Assembly: GCA_002269645.1 (NCBI GenBank)
Contig: NIVC01000606.1
Location: forward strand, 310,001 to 374,000
Length of the DNA stretch: 64,000 nt
Source of the DNA: Macrostomum lignano
Lineage: Eukaryota
Direction: 5' to 3'
Positions 12,543 to 24,925 of this stretch are shown here, in pieces. Both the position numbers and the translations under genes were made by a program. Positions within the stretch are counted from its first letter, which is position 1; each line of letters begins with the position of its first letter. The notes beneath the pieces are model-generated. The model searched no databases. It was not told the DNA's origin and saw only the letters and a program-made list of their open reading frames with translations.

Positions 12543-15203
12543 GTTATCTCTCCTCCTCTCTCTACTCTCTCCCCTCTCCATTCTCCTATTTCCTCTCCTC
12601 TCTCCTCACTCACTTCTCTACTTTTGTCTCTCCTCTCTCCTCTCTCCTCTCGTCTCTGTAACCTCTCCTCTGTTCTCTCTACTCTCCCATCTTTTATCTG
12701 TTCACTCTCGTCTCTGCTCTCTCATCCCCCTCTTTAATCTGGCATCTCTGTCTTATATGTTCTCTCACCTCTCTCCTCTGTACTCTTTTTCTTTCCCCTC
12801 TTTTGACTCCTCACTTTCCTTTCTCCTTTCTTCTTTTCTCTTCTCTTCCCTTTTCTATACTCTGTCTCCCTCTCTTCTCTCACTCCACTCTCCTCTATCC
12901 GTTATCTCTCATCTCTCATCTCTCCTTCCACCTCTCATCTCTACAACCTTAGAGATGTAGAGATGTATCTTTATCTCTTCTCTCTTCCCTGTACTCTCTC
13001 ATCTCTTCTTTCACCTGTTTCCTCTCTGCTCTCCTCTCTGCTGTCTCCTCTCTCCTCTCATCTGCAGCTCTCTGCTCTCTCATCTCTACTCTCTACTCTC
13101 GCTTTTCCTCTCTCCCCTCTTCTCTCCCTCTCTCTCATCGTCATCACCCCCTCATCTCTCCTATTATCTTTTATCTTTTCTTTTATCCCCTCTTTCGCTT
13201 CTCTTCTCTTCGAATCGTCTATTCCTTCTTCTTTCCACTCTCATCTGCCCCTCAGCCATGAGCTGGATTCTTTATCTGGCCTTTGAGGTAAAAGTCTGCC
13301 CATCCCTGCTTGGAAAGCCAGTTTGTGAGACGTAGTACTCTCATGGTTGTTATCATGCTTTGATCACGTCATCTTTCTTGCCAATTTGCAGCCCTGAAAG
13401 GAATTTGTGTATCTTCAGCTCCACTGCAGTCTGCATCAGTCTAACAACCAAGGAAATACGCATTTCTTAGGCCATTTAAATTTCAAAGTACTTTTAAGAG
13501 AAACTTAAAATTTCCATGGTGTGCCTAATTTAGTAGGGTTGTATTTCATTGCATCGCATCGCCTTTTCATAAATATTTCGCTTTTACAAACCATGCTTGA
13601 TTGCCTCGATTTGCCAATTGCCATCCACTGTTAAACTGCTGCAGAGTTTGCCTATACAGAGGGGAGGGCAGTGGTTAGAATTCTCACTAAACTGTTATGG
13701 CTAAACGTAGCCTCTCCACTCTCGGGGTGCGAGATTGCGAGAAGGCTATAAATAAAGTTATTCCAAAACACTGTACATTTGCTATGTACATTCAGTCCTA
13801 TCGCCTGACCCTTCGTCTGGCTCTGGGGGAATGAGTGAGTGAGTGAGTGGCACAAACAACAGAAAAAGCAGACAAACTTCACACGCTTACAGTTTCTTTT
13901 CTGAATGAGTTACAGAGTTGAAACTTTACATTTAGATAGAGAATGAGTCAATGAAGAATTGTGTCAAGTTTGAAGTCAATCGCTTTACGTGGAGAAAACT
14001 TATGGCAGCTGAAAGTTAGTCAATTTTGAAACCCTTTTACACATCTGGGCCCAGATCGGGAAAGAGAGGCAGGCGGGCGGAGGTTGGGGTGGTTGCTACG
14101 CTGAAAAAAACAGCCTAACTTTAAAAGTGCACAGCGGCTTTCAGGATTAACTTTGAGATTTGAAATTTTACACGATTGTGACAAAATAGTTGAAAATTGC
14201 CTGTGTCAAATTTGAAGAGAATCGGTAGAAGTGGAGCGGCGCTATGGAGGATTAAGTGAAAAAATCGCGCATTTTGAGCAGTTTTTTGTACTTTTAGGTA
14301 GGAAGACTTGAGTCTAGGAAATTAAAAGGTAGCCTAAGACATTCTCCGTAGTGAGTTTAGGGTGGGTGTAAAGTTTGGTGTAATTTGGTTGAGTGGTTTG
14401 GGAGTCCATAGCGATCAAAATTGTCCACACACAGACAGACAGACAGACAGACAGACAGAGTTTTGATTTTTATAGTTAGAGATTATACAAAAATAATGGC
14501 TATGACTGAATTTGTATGAACTTTAGCCCCCCTCCCACTACACAATGTGCACATGGCATTTGAACTAGAAATGTTGAATGTGTTCCCATAACCATATTTC
14601 ATATCTGTATGTTCTGCCTAAAACCTCTGTAACTGTAACCACCCATATCTGTATCCACAGCTACAGCGAAAGTCTAGAATTTTGTTTCAGATTAATATTT
14701 GACGATCCTAATAAGGGTATTAGGGAGTACTGCTTGTACCTGTGGACAATTAGCATAGTTTTGACTAGTCTCGCAATCCTTCCAACAGGTGTGCACGCTT
14801 GGGACACCAGCTCCTTGGGATTGGACATTAATGAAGAATTGAAAACATTCGTTTCGTCTAACCCCAGCCCGCAGAGCTACAATCAGAATGAGAAAGGTAA
14901 GCTAAAAATTGTTTTGTTTATTTCCTGTTCCCAGCGCTGCCAAAGGTGTCAACATGGACTGATATCTGTACGCAATGTATAATATGGAAAGAATCAAAGC
15001 GTTTAATTTGCATTGCACACGCATCGATTTAGCTTGGCTTGTGTACAGAATCCAATGTATATTTTTACAAGCCGTTATTGGTTCACAGAGATATTACAGA
15101 GTTCAATAGAATTCACACGAAATCTAAACAGCTGTATATACAATCTGTACCAGCTAAGGGTGCGTTTTATTATAGAAGACTAACAGAGCGGCTTGAGAAA
15201 ACG

Positions 15204-15277
<74 letters not shown>

Positions 15278-18200
15278 AGCATTTGGCGAGGGTAGTGTTG
15301 CCTTCGGCAAAACTCTGGCTTGCTTATATTGCCTCAAATGAGTCATTCGTATAATTGTTTACGGCCCGCCGAGAGTTCGCTTCGATGCATTTCTATGTTG
15401 TTCTTCTTTTTCCTTACACTATGCATGTATGAGTGCCTAGTGAAACTGCGTATGGCTGTGTATCGCACTGCAGACAAGATGTCTGTGTACAAGTAAAGAC
15501 TCTCATAGTGCAGTACTGTCGTAGCTCTTATTCTCTCGCCTTACCATATTGCCCTCTATTGTGGTGGCTCTGCTATCTGTCTGGGGCCCGGCTCTGACAG
15601 CAGGTGACCCCGACTGTGTTTGCCAAGGCAATGCCCGACCTGACTCTGTGTAGCTCAGTGTGCTTAGTCTAATAGGTATATTAACCTCTGATAAAAACAC
15701 ACACACATATGCATACAGTCCTGCGAGTTAAAGAAGTATTGTTCACACAGCAATGATAATGATCTCTTTAATCAGATTATCGCTTTGTATGAGTTATTTG
15801 AAACTAAATCTAGTTTAAATATTCTCTTTGTGCGGCCAAAGCATTTTCACAGCTTAGTGCCTCAGCCGAGAGCAAGTACAGGAGAAAAAATCAATGATTC
15901 TCTTAGAATTCTGTCTGGCATTCTCCACATACTCAACTAGAGGTAGAGAAGTGAGGATTTATTGTGCGTGTTAAATCCCAAATCCCATGATTTAGGAAAA
16001 AAACTTATTTTCAACTCTAGCTGACACGAGTGCATTAGGTTCCAAGCTATAGTTTTTGTTTTGTAAGTTCGAGGGTAAAGTTGGAAGTTCAGCGTTTTGA
16101 GGCATGGATTTCTAATGATTAAAATCTGGATTGGAAATCCAAGACTGCTGCATTTTAACATGGAGGCTTAATCTTATTTGTATTTGAGCTTTAAACAACT
16201 GCTCACGGGTTGAGTTGAGTTCATTGATCAACTTTGAGTCTTTGACCCTGGAGTTTCCTCTCCAGAGTGTGGGTTTAGAATGCTTTCATTCAAGCAATGT
16301 GCTAAGTTTGGAGTTGAGTGAGTCAGCTTGCTTGCCTGACTGTTTGCAAGGATTAATTAAACCCGGAATGAATAAGGCCACGTGTTTCTTACTGACTTTT
16401 TTGGCGTCCAATCAGACTTTTTGAAAGACTGCTGTGCTCAAAGCCTTTGAGCAGGAGTGTTTGAGCAGGATTAGAAATTCCATGTCTATTGTTTCTTTAA
16501 CTGCTGGCTTCAACAGTCTCATTGAAGTTCTTTCCAATACGCCAATGAAGTCACGCCAATGTCAAGGGCTTGTTGTGAAGATTCGAGCTTGTGATGAAGT
16601 TTCGAGATTGTGAAGATTCGAGCTTGTGAAGATTCGAGCTTGTGAAGATTCGAGATTGTGAAGATTCGAGCTTGTGAAGTTTCGAGCTTGTGAAGATTCG
16701 AGCTTGTGAAGATTCGAGCTTGTGAAGATTCGAGCTTGTGAAGATTCGAGCTTGTGAAGATTCGAGCTTATAAAAGTAACAAGCAAGATTTTCCACGATT
16801 TTGTAAATTAACCGCAGCTGTGAGAGAAAACAGGTGTATCCGGAGTTTAAAAAGAAATTTACAAAGTTTTAACGAGAATTTTTTTCATACACCGATGAGA
16901 ATTCAGAAACTTTGCGAAACCCAGATCTGAATTCGCCTCATTTTTAACGAAAGTAACTTGATAAAGATTCAATCTTGTGAAACAACCCTCTTCCGTGACG
17001 CAATTATTACGATGAGATAATGAGAGTTTGTATTGTAAAATGTTTCTACTTGAAAGTTTGTAGCGATTTGAAGATTCTCACTGGGGTGAGTTTGATTCCG
17101 CCTGAGTTTGTTTTGCTTGCTAGACCGACTCTGTTAGTTCTTTAATTAGCTGTTTTTTTCAGTTTTAATTTGCCCCAAGCATCGCAGGTAGTTGGTGCCG
17201 GAGTTTTGTGTGCTACTTTTTTCTCAAAGTTTCATAAGTCTGGCTTTTCTTTTGTGGGTCAGTGTTTTTTTGCTAGTCGGTAAATAGGCTGTTTTCCTAT
17301 GCAGAGCTGTTCAGTGTCACCTGCTGCTCTTGTCTAATCTATAGTCTAGAACTGTTTCGTCTGCATTGGGCTTTATTATCGCTAACTGGTTTGCTAAGCA
17401 GAAAAACAGTGCAACTTGAAATGAAGAAAGTAAATTAACACCGTGTGTCTGCTTCCCAATCTACAAGGCTTTTAATTTACCTCTAAACTGTTTATGATCA
17501 ATATCTGACAGATCCCATTTGATTTGATCCCTACAGCAGATCCCAATCTCATTTGATCCCTACAGCAGATCCAGATCCCATTTGATTTGATCCCTACAGC
17601 AACAGCAGATCCCGATCCTATTTGATTTGATCCCTACAGCAGATCCCGATCCCATTTGATTTGATCCCTACAGCAACAGCAGATCCCGATCCTATTTGAT
17701 TTGATCCCTCCAGCAGATCCCAATCTCATTTGATCCCTACAGCAGATCCCGATCTTATTTGATCCCTACAGCACATCCAGATCCCATTTGATTTGATCCC
17801 TACAGAAGATCCCGATCTCATTTGATCCCTACAGCAGATCCAGATCCCATTTGATTTGATCCCTACAGCAGATCCCGATCCCATTTGATTTGATCCCTAC
17901 AGCAACAGCAGATCTCGATCCTATTTGATTTGATCCCTACAGCAGATCCCGATCCCATTTGATTTGATCCCTACAGCAACAGCAGATCCAGATCCCATTT
18001 GATTTGATCCCTACAGCAACAGCAGATCCCGATCCCATTTGATTTGATCCCTACAGCAGATCCAGATCCCATTTGATTTGATCTCTACAGCAGATCCCGA
18101 TCCCATTTGATTTGATCTCTACAGCAGATCCCGATCTCATTTGATTTGATCCTGACAAGGGGGTTTAAAATTAGTTGTCAAGGGACAAGCCCAGTTACAT

Positions 18201-21200
18201 ATGATCGAACCAGGGACACAGATCCCCACTCCCCATCCTCTTTGATGAAATTTTCGTGTTTTCATTCAAAGCTAGCATCAGTAGTTATTGTTAGCTCAAT
18301 TATCCTTCATGCACAGGATTTATGCCAGAATCTCTAATCTGCCAATTCCCAGGCGAGTCCGTCATCCGCGTATTCTCCGACAAGCTCTGCGTTGCTGCTC
18401 TCATCAACCCGGGCCTGTTCACCTTGGCCAGCCAGCTCGAATGGCTGCTGCAGACGCCATTCATCAACCGGCATCTGGTGTTCGCCGGCCGCCAGTCCGA
18501 CGAACTTGGCGACTGGCTGCTCAAGGATGCCAGCGTGTCGCCCGCTCGCCTCGGCCAGATGCTGCGCTCTGCGCCCGACACCTCGCTGCCGCCAGATCAT
18601 CGGTGAGATGCAGTTGGATGCGGTAGATTGGTAGTTGGATGCGGTATATTGGTAGTTGGATGCGGTATATTGGTAGTTGGATGCGATAGATTGGTAGTTG
18701 GATGCGGTATATTGGTAGTTAGATGCGATAGATTGGTAGTTGGATGCGGTATATTGGTAGTTAGATGCGGTAAATTGGTAGTTAGATGCGATAGATTGGT
18801 AGTTGGATGCGGTATATTGGTAGTTGGATGCGGTATATTGGTAGTTGGATGCGGTATATTGGTAGTTAGATGCGGTATATTGGTAGTTGGATGCGATAGA
18901 TTGGTAGTTGGATGCTGTAGATTGGTAGTTGGATGCGGTACATTGGTAGTTGGATTCAGTAGATTGGTAGTTGGATGCGGTATATTGGTAGTTAGATGCG
19001 GTAAATTGGTAGTTAGATGCGATAGATTGGTAGTTGGATGCGGTATATTGGTAGTTGGATGCGGTATATTGGTAGTTGGATGCGGTATATTGGTAGTTAG
19101 ATGCGGTATATTGGTAGTTGGATGCGATAGATTGGTAGTTGGATGCTGTAGATTGGTAGTTGGATGCGGTACATTGGTAGTTGGATTCAGTAGATTGGTA
19201 GTTGGATGCGGTATATTGGTAGTTGGATGCGATAGATTAGTGGTTGTTGATTTGCAGCAGTCTGGTAGATGGGAGGTGAGATTAACAGCCACCCCCGACT
19301 CCGCTCCCATTCCAGATTCAGCATCTCCTGCGCTCTGAACGCGGCCGGCTCAAGCTGGAAGTCGGCCAAGCCGCCTCTGACGGAATTCCGCGCCCACGCC
19401 CAGCAGTCGGAATTGGACCAATCGGCCGTGCCTGGCGCCGTCCAGCTGGCCGGATTCCTGGCCGGCAAGCAGTGCGGCCTGGCCAATGTTGAGCAGCGAC
19501 TCCGGCCAGCCGGCACAGTGGGTAACATTCGAATCGCCAAGCCCACGCTGTACGTGTTCCCGGCCGGCCTGGGCGACTCCTGCTACCTGGGCGTGGACGG
19601 GTTCGGCCTGCTGGTGAACACCGGTGCCGGCAGGACCCCCGCCTTCTGGCCCTTCCTGGCCCATCTGGATCGGGTGAGTCCTGGCAGCTGTTATCCATGC
19701 TGTCCGTGAACTCATCTGGGGCTTGTACATGCCTGGCGATTAGAAAGTCAGGGCCGCTGAGCGCCCTCCCGACCGAAAATAATTGTCCTCTCAAAAACAG
19801 TAAGTGTGCCAATTGTGCCGCAGCTATACCATTTAGCACAGTTATCAATGTCTTTGTATTTCCTACGAGCTATTTGGCTTTTTACGCTGCATATTTTTAC
19901 AAATCATAAGTCCGGATTGTCTCATTTCCTAGAAAGTTTGAAGCCTTTGCTAGAAATCAGCTGCTCTTTCTTAGAATTGGAAAATCGGTTTTATATAAGT
20001 CTGCAGATTGCCCAGAATTAGATGTTTTTCTTAGAATCTTACGTAAGATTCTTTCCTACCGTACATCAGTTTGACTTCTTTCCCTATCGGTTTTGTAGGT
20101 TCTGTAATCGGTTTACAGAACCTACCTGTAATCGGTTTTGTAATTCTGGTTTTGAAGGTTGAAGGTTGAAGGTTGAAGTTGAAGTTTGAATATCGAATAA
20201 GTGTAGAGCTCGGCACCCGACCGCAGGTGGACGGCCTCCTACTCAGCCACTGGGATCACGACAACCTGCCCGGCCTGCTGGCTCTGCTAGAGCGCCTATC
20301 GGTGAAGGAGGCCGGCGGCGGAGCCCCGGTCCTCGGCTGCGCCCTGCTGCCCTGCCGGCCACGACTGGCCGACGAAGCGGCCTCCGATGCGGCTGCCGCA
20401 AACGGCGGCCAGCACCGGCTGGAAGCGAGCATCCGCCGAGACGCCGTGTCGGCAATGCGGCTGTTCCGCAGCCTCGGCGTCCATCTGGAGGAGGTGCGCA
20501 GGCTGGGCACCGGTCAGCCGCAGCCGATGACGCTGTACAGCAAGCTGGGCAACGGCTCGCTGGATCTCTACCCGCTGCAGCCGGTAGCCGACGCCAAAGA
20601 GTTCAAAGACTTTGTCAACCAGCTGCTGCACTCGCAGGCCTCATCGGCCGGCGGCAAGCCCTGGCCACTGGCCAAAGTTGGCAACTGCCAGGCCAGCCCG
20701 GCTCACGCCAGCTCGCTCTGCTGCCTGCTGGTCTGGCGGCCCAGCGATCCTAAGGCATCTTGGACTCGCCTGCTGCTGCCCGGCTGCTGTCCGCAGCTGC
20801 GCGTCATTGAAGGCTTGGAGAAGGTGATTGTTACCTGAATCTGTAGTTAGGCTTATGTTAGTCTCTTTCTTCTCCAAATTACTAAATCATCCTTCTTACC
20901 TAAGATCTTAAAAGTCATTGAATCGCCCTCAGAATGGTCATTGAAGCGCCGTCAGAATGGTCATTGAAGTGACCTCAGAATGGTCATTGACTCACCCTCA
21001 GAATGGTCATTGACTCACCCTCAGAATGGTCATTGAAGCGCCCTCAGAATGGTCATTGACTCACCCTCAGAATGGTCATTGACTCACCCTCAGAATGGTC
21101 ATTGAAGCGCCCTCAGAATGGTCATTGAATCGCCCTTAGAATGGTCATTGAAGCGCCCTTAGAATGGTTTTTGACTCACCCTCAGAATGGTCATTGAAGC

Positions 21201-23252
21201 GCCCTCCGAATGGTCATTGAAGCGCCCTCAGAATGGTCATTAAATCGCCTTCAGACACCTGACTGCCACCCGACCGGCTTATTCCCATTCATTCAGGTGC
21301 GCGGCCTGGACTGCTTGAAGACGGCCGAGTATTCACCCGCCGCCGCCGCCGCGGCTCACAAGCCGGCCAGCGCCGCGGCCAAGAAAACCGCCGCCGCTTC
21401 TGGCGACCACGCCGGCCCGACTGCTGCCGCCGCCAAGCCCCGTCCAAAACCGTCGTCGGCCACCGCCGCCGCTCCCGCCGCCAAGAAGGCCGCGGCTGCT
21501 GCTCCTATCGTGAAGAAGCCGGTTGCCTCGGCTGCAGATCCCGGCAAAACTGCCGCCCCAGCCGCTGCTGGCAAGTCGACAAACGCCGCCTCCAAGTCCT
21601 CTATGTCCGCCTCGGCCTCGGCCAGGCCAACCGCTGCTGCCCCGAAAAAGGAGCCGGCCAAGGCTGGCGCTGGCGTCAAGACCGCGGGCGCGGCGGCGTC
21701 CAAACCAACTTCTGCTGCCGGCCGGAAGGCCGCCGCAGCTCCGGCCTCGTCCAAATCCTCGGCGACTCCGGCTGCTCCGGCGGCGACTCCGGCTGCTCCG
21801 GCGGCAACTCCGGCGGCAACTCCGGCGGCAACTCCGGCTGCTCCGGCAGCAACTCCGGCTGCTCCGGTCGCTGATGCCGCTGCCGCTTCACCGCCAGCTG
21901 ATGCTGAGGAGAGTCTGGTGACTGAGCAGCACCAGCCAGATTCTGCTGCCGCTGTTGAAGAGATTCCGCTGGCTAGCGGCGACGGCGGAAGCGGCAATGC
22001 CGCTCAGGAGGCCGCCTCGGAGGTCAAAGAAGTCACGGTTAGTGAGATTCAGGATGTGGGCAGCAGACACACCGGGGATTGAGGATGTGGGCAGCAGACA
22101 CACCTGGGATTGAGGATGTGGGCAGCAGACACACCTGAGATTCAGGATGTGGGCAGCAGACACACCTGGGATTCAGGATGTGGGCAGAAGACACACCTGG
22201 GATTTAGGATGTGGGCAGCAGACACACCGGGGATTGAGGATGTGGGCAGCAGACACACCTGGGATTGAGGATGTGGGCAGCAGACACACCTGGGATTGAG
22301 GATGTGGGCAGCAGACACACCGGGGATTGAGGATGTGGGCAGCAGACACACCTGGGATTGAGGATGTGGGCAGCAGACACACCTGGGATTGAGGATGTGG
22401 GCAGCAGACACACCTGGGATTGAGGATGTGGGCAGCAGACACACCGGGGATTGAGGATATGGGCAGAAGACACACCTGAGATTGAGGATGTGGGCAGCAG
22501 ACACACCTGGGATTGAGGATGTGGGCAGCAGACACACCTGGGATTTAGGATGTGGGCAGCAGACACACCTGGGATTTAGGATGTGGGCAGCAGACACACC
22601 TGGGATTCAGAATGTGGGTAACGCAGACACCTGATAACGAAGAAGTTACTTTAGATAGTTTAAGCCCAGCCGCACCCGTTACCTGCAATGTGCCGCCTAC
22701 TAGGAGCAGCTAGGCGCGCAGCAGCAGGAGCAGCAGGAGGCCTGGTCTCTGAACGCCAACAACACAAATAGTGCCGAGGCGGACAGCGCCGAGCTGATTT
22801 CAGCCGATCAGCCGCTGGGGTTGCCAGCCCCGGCCCCAATAAGGTCGTCCAAACCGTCCGGTGGCGCGTCGGCCGCCGCAGTGAACTACGGCCCGGTGCA
22901 CCCGCTGCACTTTGACCTGGCGTACGTGCCCGGCCACGGCGAGCGCCAGTTCGCTGACTCCGAGTACTTCAAGCGGGTCCGGGCTCGCTACTACGTGCTG
23001 AGCAGCTGCGACCCTCAGCCAGCTGTACTGGACTCGCTGCTCGAGGGCAAATCAGCCTGGCCAGAGCTCGAAGTCACGCTGATCCCTACGCATAACCAGC
23101 TGCTGAGCGCCTGGCTAAGCCAGAACGCCGTACGGATGCAGCAGCTGCACGTGACGGTGGCGCCAAGCGCCTCCGATTGCCGGATCCGGCTGCAGCAGCA
23201 GGGCGACGAGGCCGACGAACAGGCCTGCACCGCCTACCGCGTGGAGTTCTGA
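9728..23252 (+). CDS. Microtubule-associated protein 1 family (MAP1S/MAP1B/Futsch-like), 7 exons: 9728-9815, 14789-14896, 18353-18602, 19316-19673, 20227-20823, 21297-22037, 22704-23252 (about 896 aa)
   Basis: Exons join in frame through GT-AG introns (2691 nt). MAP1 motifs are recognisable: GVHAWDT..LDINEELKTFVS, KPTLYVFPAGLGDS, FWPFLAHLDR|VDGLLLSH..DNLPG, and the light-chain block FDLAYVPGH..EYFKRVRARYYVLS..VLDSLLEGK..W..VTLIPTH..YRVEF*. The exon 1 and exon 6/7 boundaries are less certain. Confidence 0.9.
10600..10691 (+). repeat. Dispersed repeat with 28S rRNA-like core (copy 1)
   Basis: GGGTAAACGGCAGGAGTAACTATGACT...AAATGCCTCGTCAGCTA resembles eukaryotic LSU GGGTAAACGGCGGGAGTAACTATGACT...AAATGCCTCGTCATCTA. 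An inverted second copy is at 30841-30924. Not an rRNA gene. Confidence 0.7.
11990..13260. repeat. CT-rich low-complexity tract including pure (CT)n at 12450-12536 (MAP1 intron 1)
   Basis: Directly visible. Confidence 0.95.
13870..14483 (+). mobile_element. Possible Helentron/DINE-type non-autonomous element
   Basis: Repeated GTGTCAA(A/G)TTTGAAG motifs, then an (ACAG)n tract and a TTTTTATAGTTAGAGAT end. This layout resembles invertebrate Helentron-associated elements. No second copy in the window. Confidence 0.4.
15206..15273. repeat. (GA)n microsatellite
   Basis: Directly visible. Confidence 0.98.
16575..16769. repeat. 16-bp tandem repeat GTGAAGATTCGAGCTT, about 12 copies
   Basis: Directly visible. 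Confidence 0.95.
17505..18150. repeat. Variable 30-41-bp minisatellite (GATCCCATTTGATTTGATCCCTACAGCA core)
   Basis: Directly visible, in MAP1 intron 2. Confidence 0.95.
18612..19245. repeat. 21-bp minisatellite GTTGGATGCGGTATATTGGTA, about 30 copies, with a duplicated 11-unit (231-bp) higher-order block
   Basis: Fills MAP1 intron 3. The variant series repeats twice in the translation of ORF 18628..19338. Confidence 0.95.
20925..21245. repeat. 23-bp minisatellite CCCTCAGAATGGTCATTGA(CTCA/AGCG), about 14 copies
   Basis: MAP1 intron 5, directly visible. Confidence 0.95.
22046..22620. repeat. 31-bp minisatellite GATTGAGGATGTGGGCAGCAGACACACCTGG, about 18 copies
   Basis: Starts a few bp after the donor GTTAGT at 22038. 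The unit is not a multiple of 3, so it is intronic. Confidence 0.95.
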
Positions 23253-24409
23253 GCAACAGCGGAGGTTTTCAGGCGAAACAAGAACACAATGCGCGTTTTT
23301 TACCGACACTGACTGCTTACTGCTACTATTAGTTTAGTAGCTAATTGTGATTTTTATATTATTAATTATTATTATTATTATTTTATAAACCAGTTCGGCT
23401 TCGCTGTTTTTCATGTGCCCTAATTCCAGTTTTATTTGCGAGGCAGTTTAGCTATATTAATTAGAAATATTAGAAGCACTGCTAGCTATATGCATAAGTG
23501 CCATCTGAACTGTGTCCATGTTATGCCATACAGTCCCCCTCGCATCCTGATTCTGCTCTCTTTTATAATCCCACTTTTGTTGCTAAGCTTGCGCTAAATT
23601 AATAGTACAGGATGCACTTTTCTGAACTTATAAATTGCCCGCCTCACGGTAAATTGGACCGTTCCTCTATCATAACATTTTTATTGATCTGCGCGCCCTT
23701 TAGCTTTATTTCCTCTTTATACTACTAGTACTGGCCTACACGCTCGTGAGTAGTTGATACGCGTTTTCTTCTATTTTAGTCCATTTCTTCGAAAATCGAC
23801 ATATGAAATCCGTTCAAATTGCGCAACAATTCCCACTGCACACAGGGCGTTTCTTTGTTTCATTTTATAGACATCCGGTGGCTTGGCCTGCAGCTTCCAA
23901 TCTGTTTTCTGTGTCTCTTCAACAATTCTATAGCCTAAATTTTAGTTCCAATTGCTTATTTATATTGTCCAGACGTATTTGAAACCTAACAATAGGTGGA
24001 ACGGGAAATCACAAATCTGCGTTTTTTGCTTTGCAAACCGAGCAGTTTTTTTCACTCGCAAATTTCAAGTAACATCGTGATTCGTTGATCCTCATCATAA
24101 TGCCCTTTGTTGTCCTCTGCTTCAAGCGCACAGCCTAGCAACAAAAAAACTAATTTATTTTCTCGAACAATCTTTGATGCAAGTCCGCTGTTCTCTCGCA
24201 ACTATATTTATATTTTCTTGCGCCTAATTATTAAAATAATCATTTACGAAATTACGATATTTATTGTCTTTAATTGCAAAATAGACGAAGACAGAAAAGC
24301 TTAGTAACTCCCTGCACTGTCGTGTTGCATCAAACCACTTTGACACGTTTCAAACTGCTGGCTGCATCATTGGATGATGCTTAGTGAGATGCTTGCTAAG
24401 TGAGTAGCT

Positions 24410-24925
24410 GAGTGGGATGGTTGAGTGGCGGTTGCTGAGTGGGGGTTGTTTGCTGAGTGGGCAGAATCACTGAGTCGAATGGTTGAGTGGGCAGGATTGC
24501 TGAGCGGGATGGTTGAGTGGGCAGGATTGCTGAGCGGGATGGTTGAGTGGGCAGGATTGCTGAGCGGGATGGTTGAGTGGGCAGGATTGCTGAGCGGGAT
24601 GGTTGAGTGGGGATGGTTGAGTGGGGAGGGTTGCTGAGCGGGATGGTTGAGTGGGCAGGATTGCTGAGCGGGTTGGTTGAGTGGGCAGGATTGCTGAGCG
24701 GGATGGTTGAGTGGGCAGGATTGCTGAGCGGGATGGTTGAGTGGGGAGGGTTGCTGAGCGGGATGGTTGAGTGGGCAGGACTGCTGAGCGGGATGGTTGA
24801 GTGGGGAGGGTTGCTGAGCGGGATGGTTGAGTGGGCAGGATTGCTGAGCGGGATGGTTGAGTGGGCAGGATTGCTGAGCGGGATGGATGAGTGGGGAGGG
24901 TTGCTGAGTGAGTGGGGTTTGCTGA
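24410..24925. repeat. 30-bp minisatellite GTTGAGTGGGCAGGATTGCTGAGCGGGATG, about 16 copies
   Basis: Directly visible, between the convergent MAP1 and Mondo 3' ends. Confidence 0.95.

Noticed and set aside
11871-13286. Leu/Ser-rich and (RE)n ORFs
   Set aside because: Translations of CT/GA low-complexity DNA inside MAP1 intron 1.
16885-16925. CCGATGAGAATTCAGAAAC as a minimal hammerhead ribozyme
   Set aside because: The core deviates from CUGAUGA and stems I and III cannot be formed.
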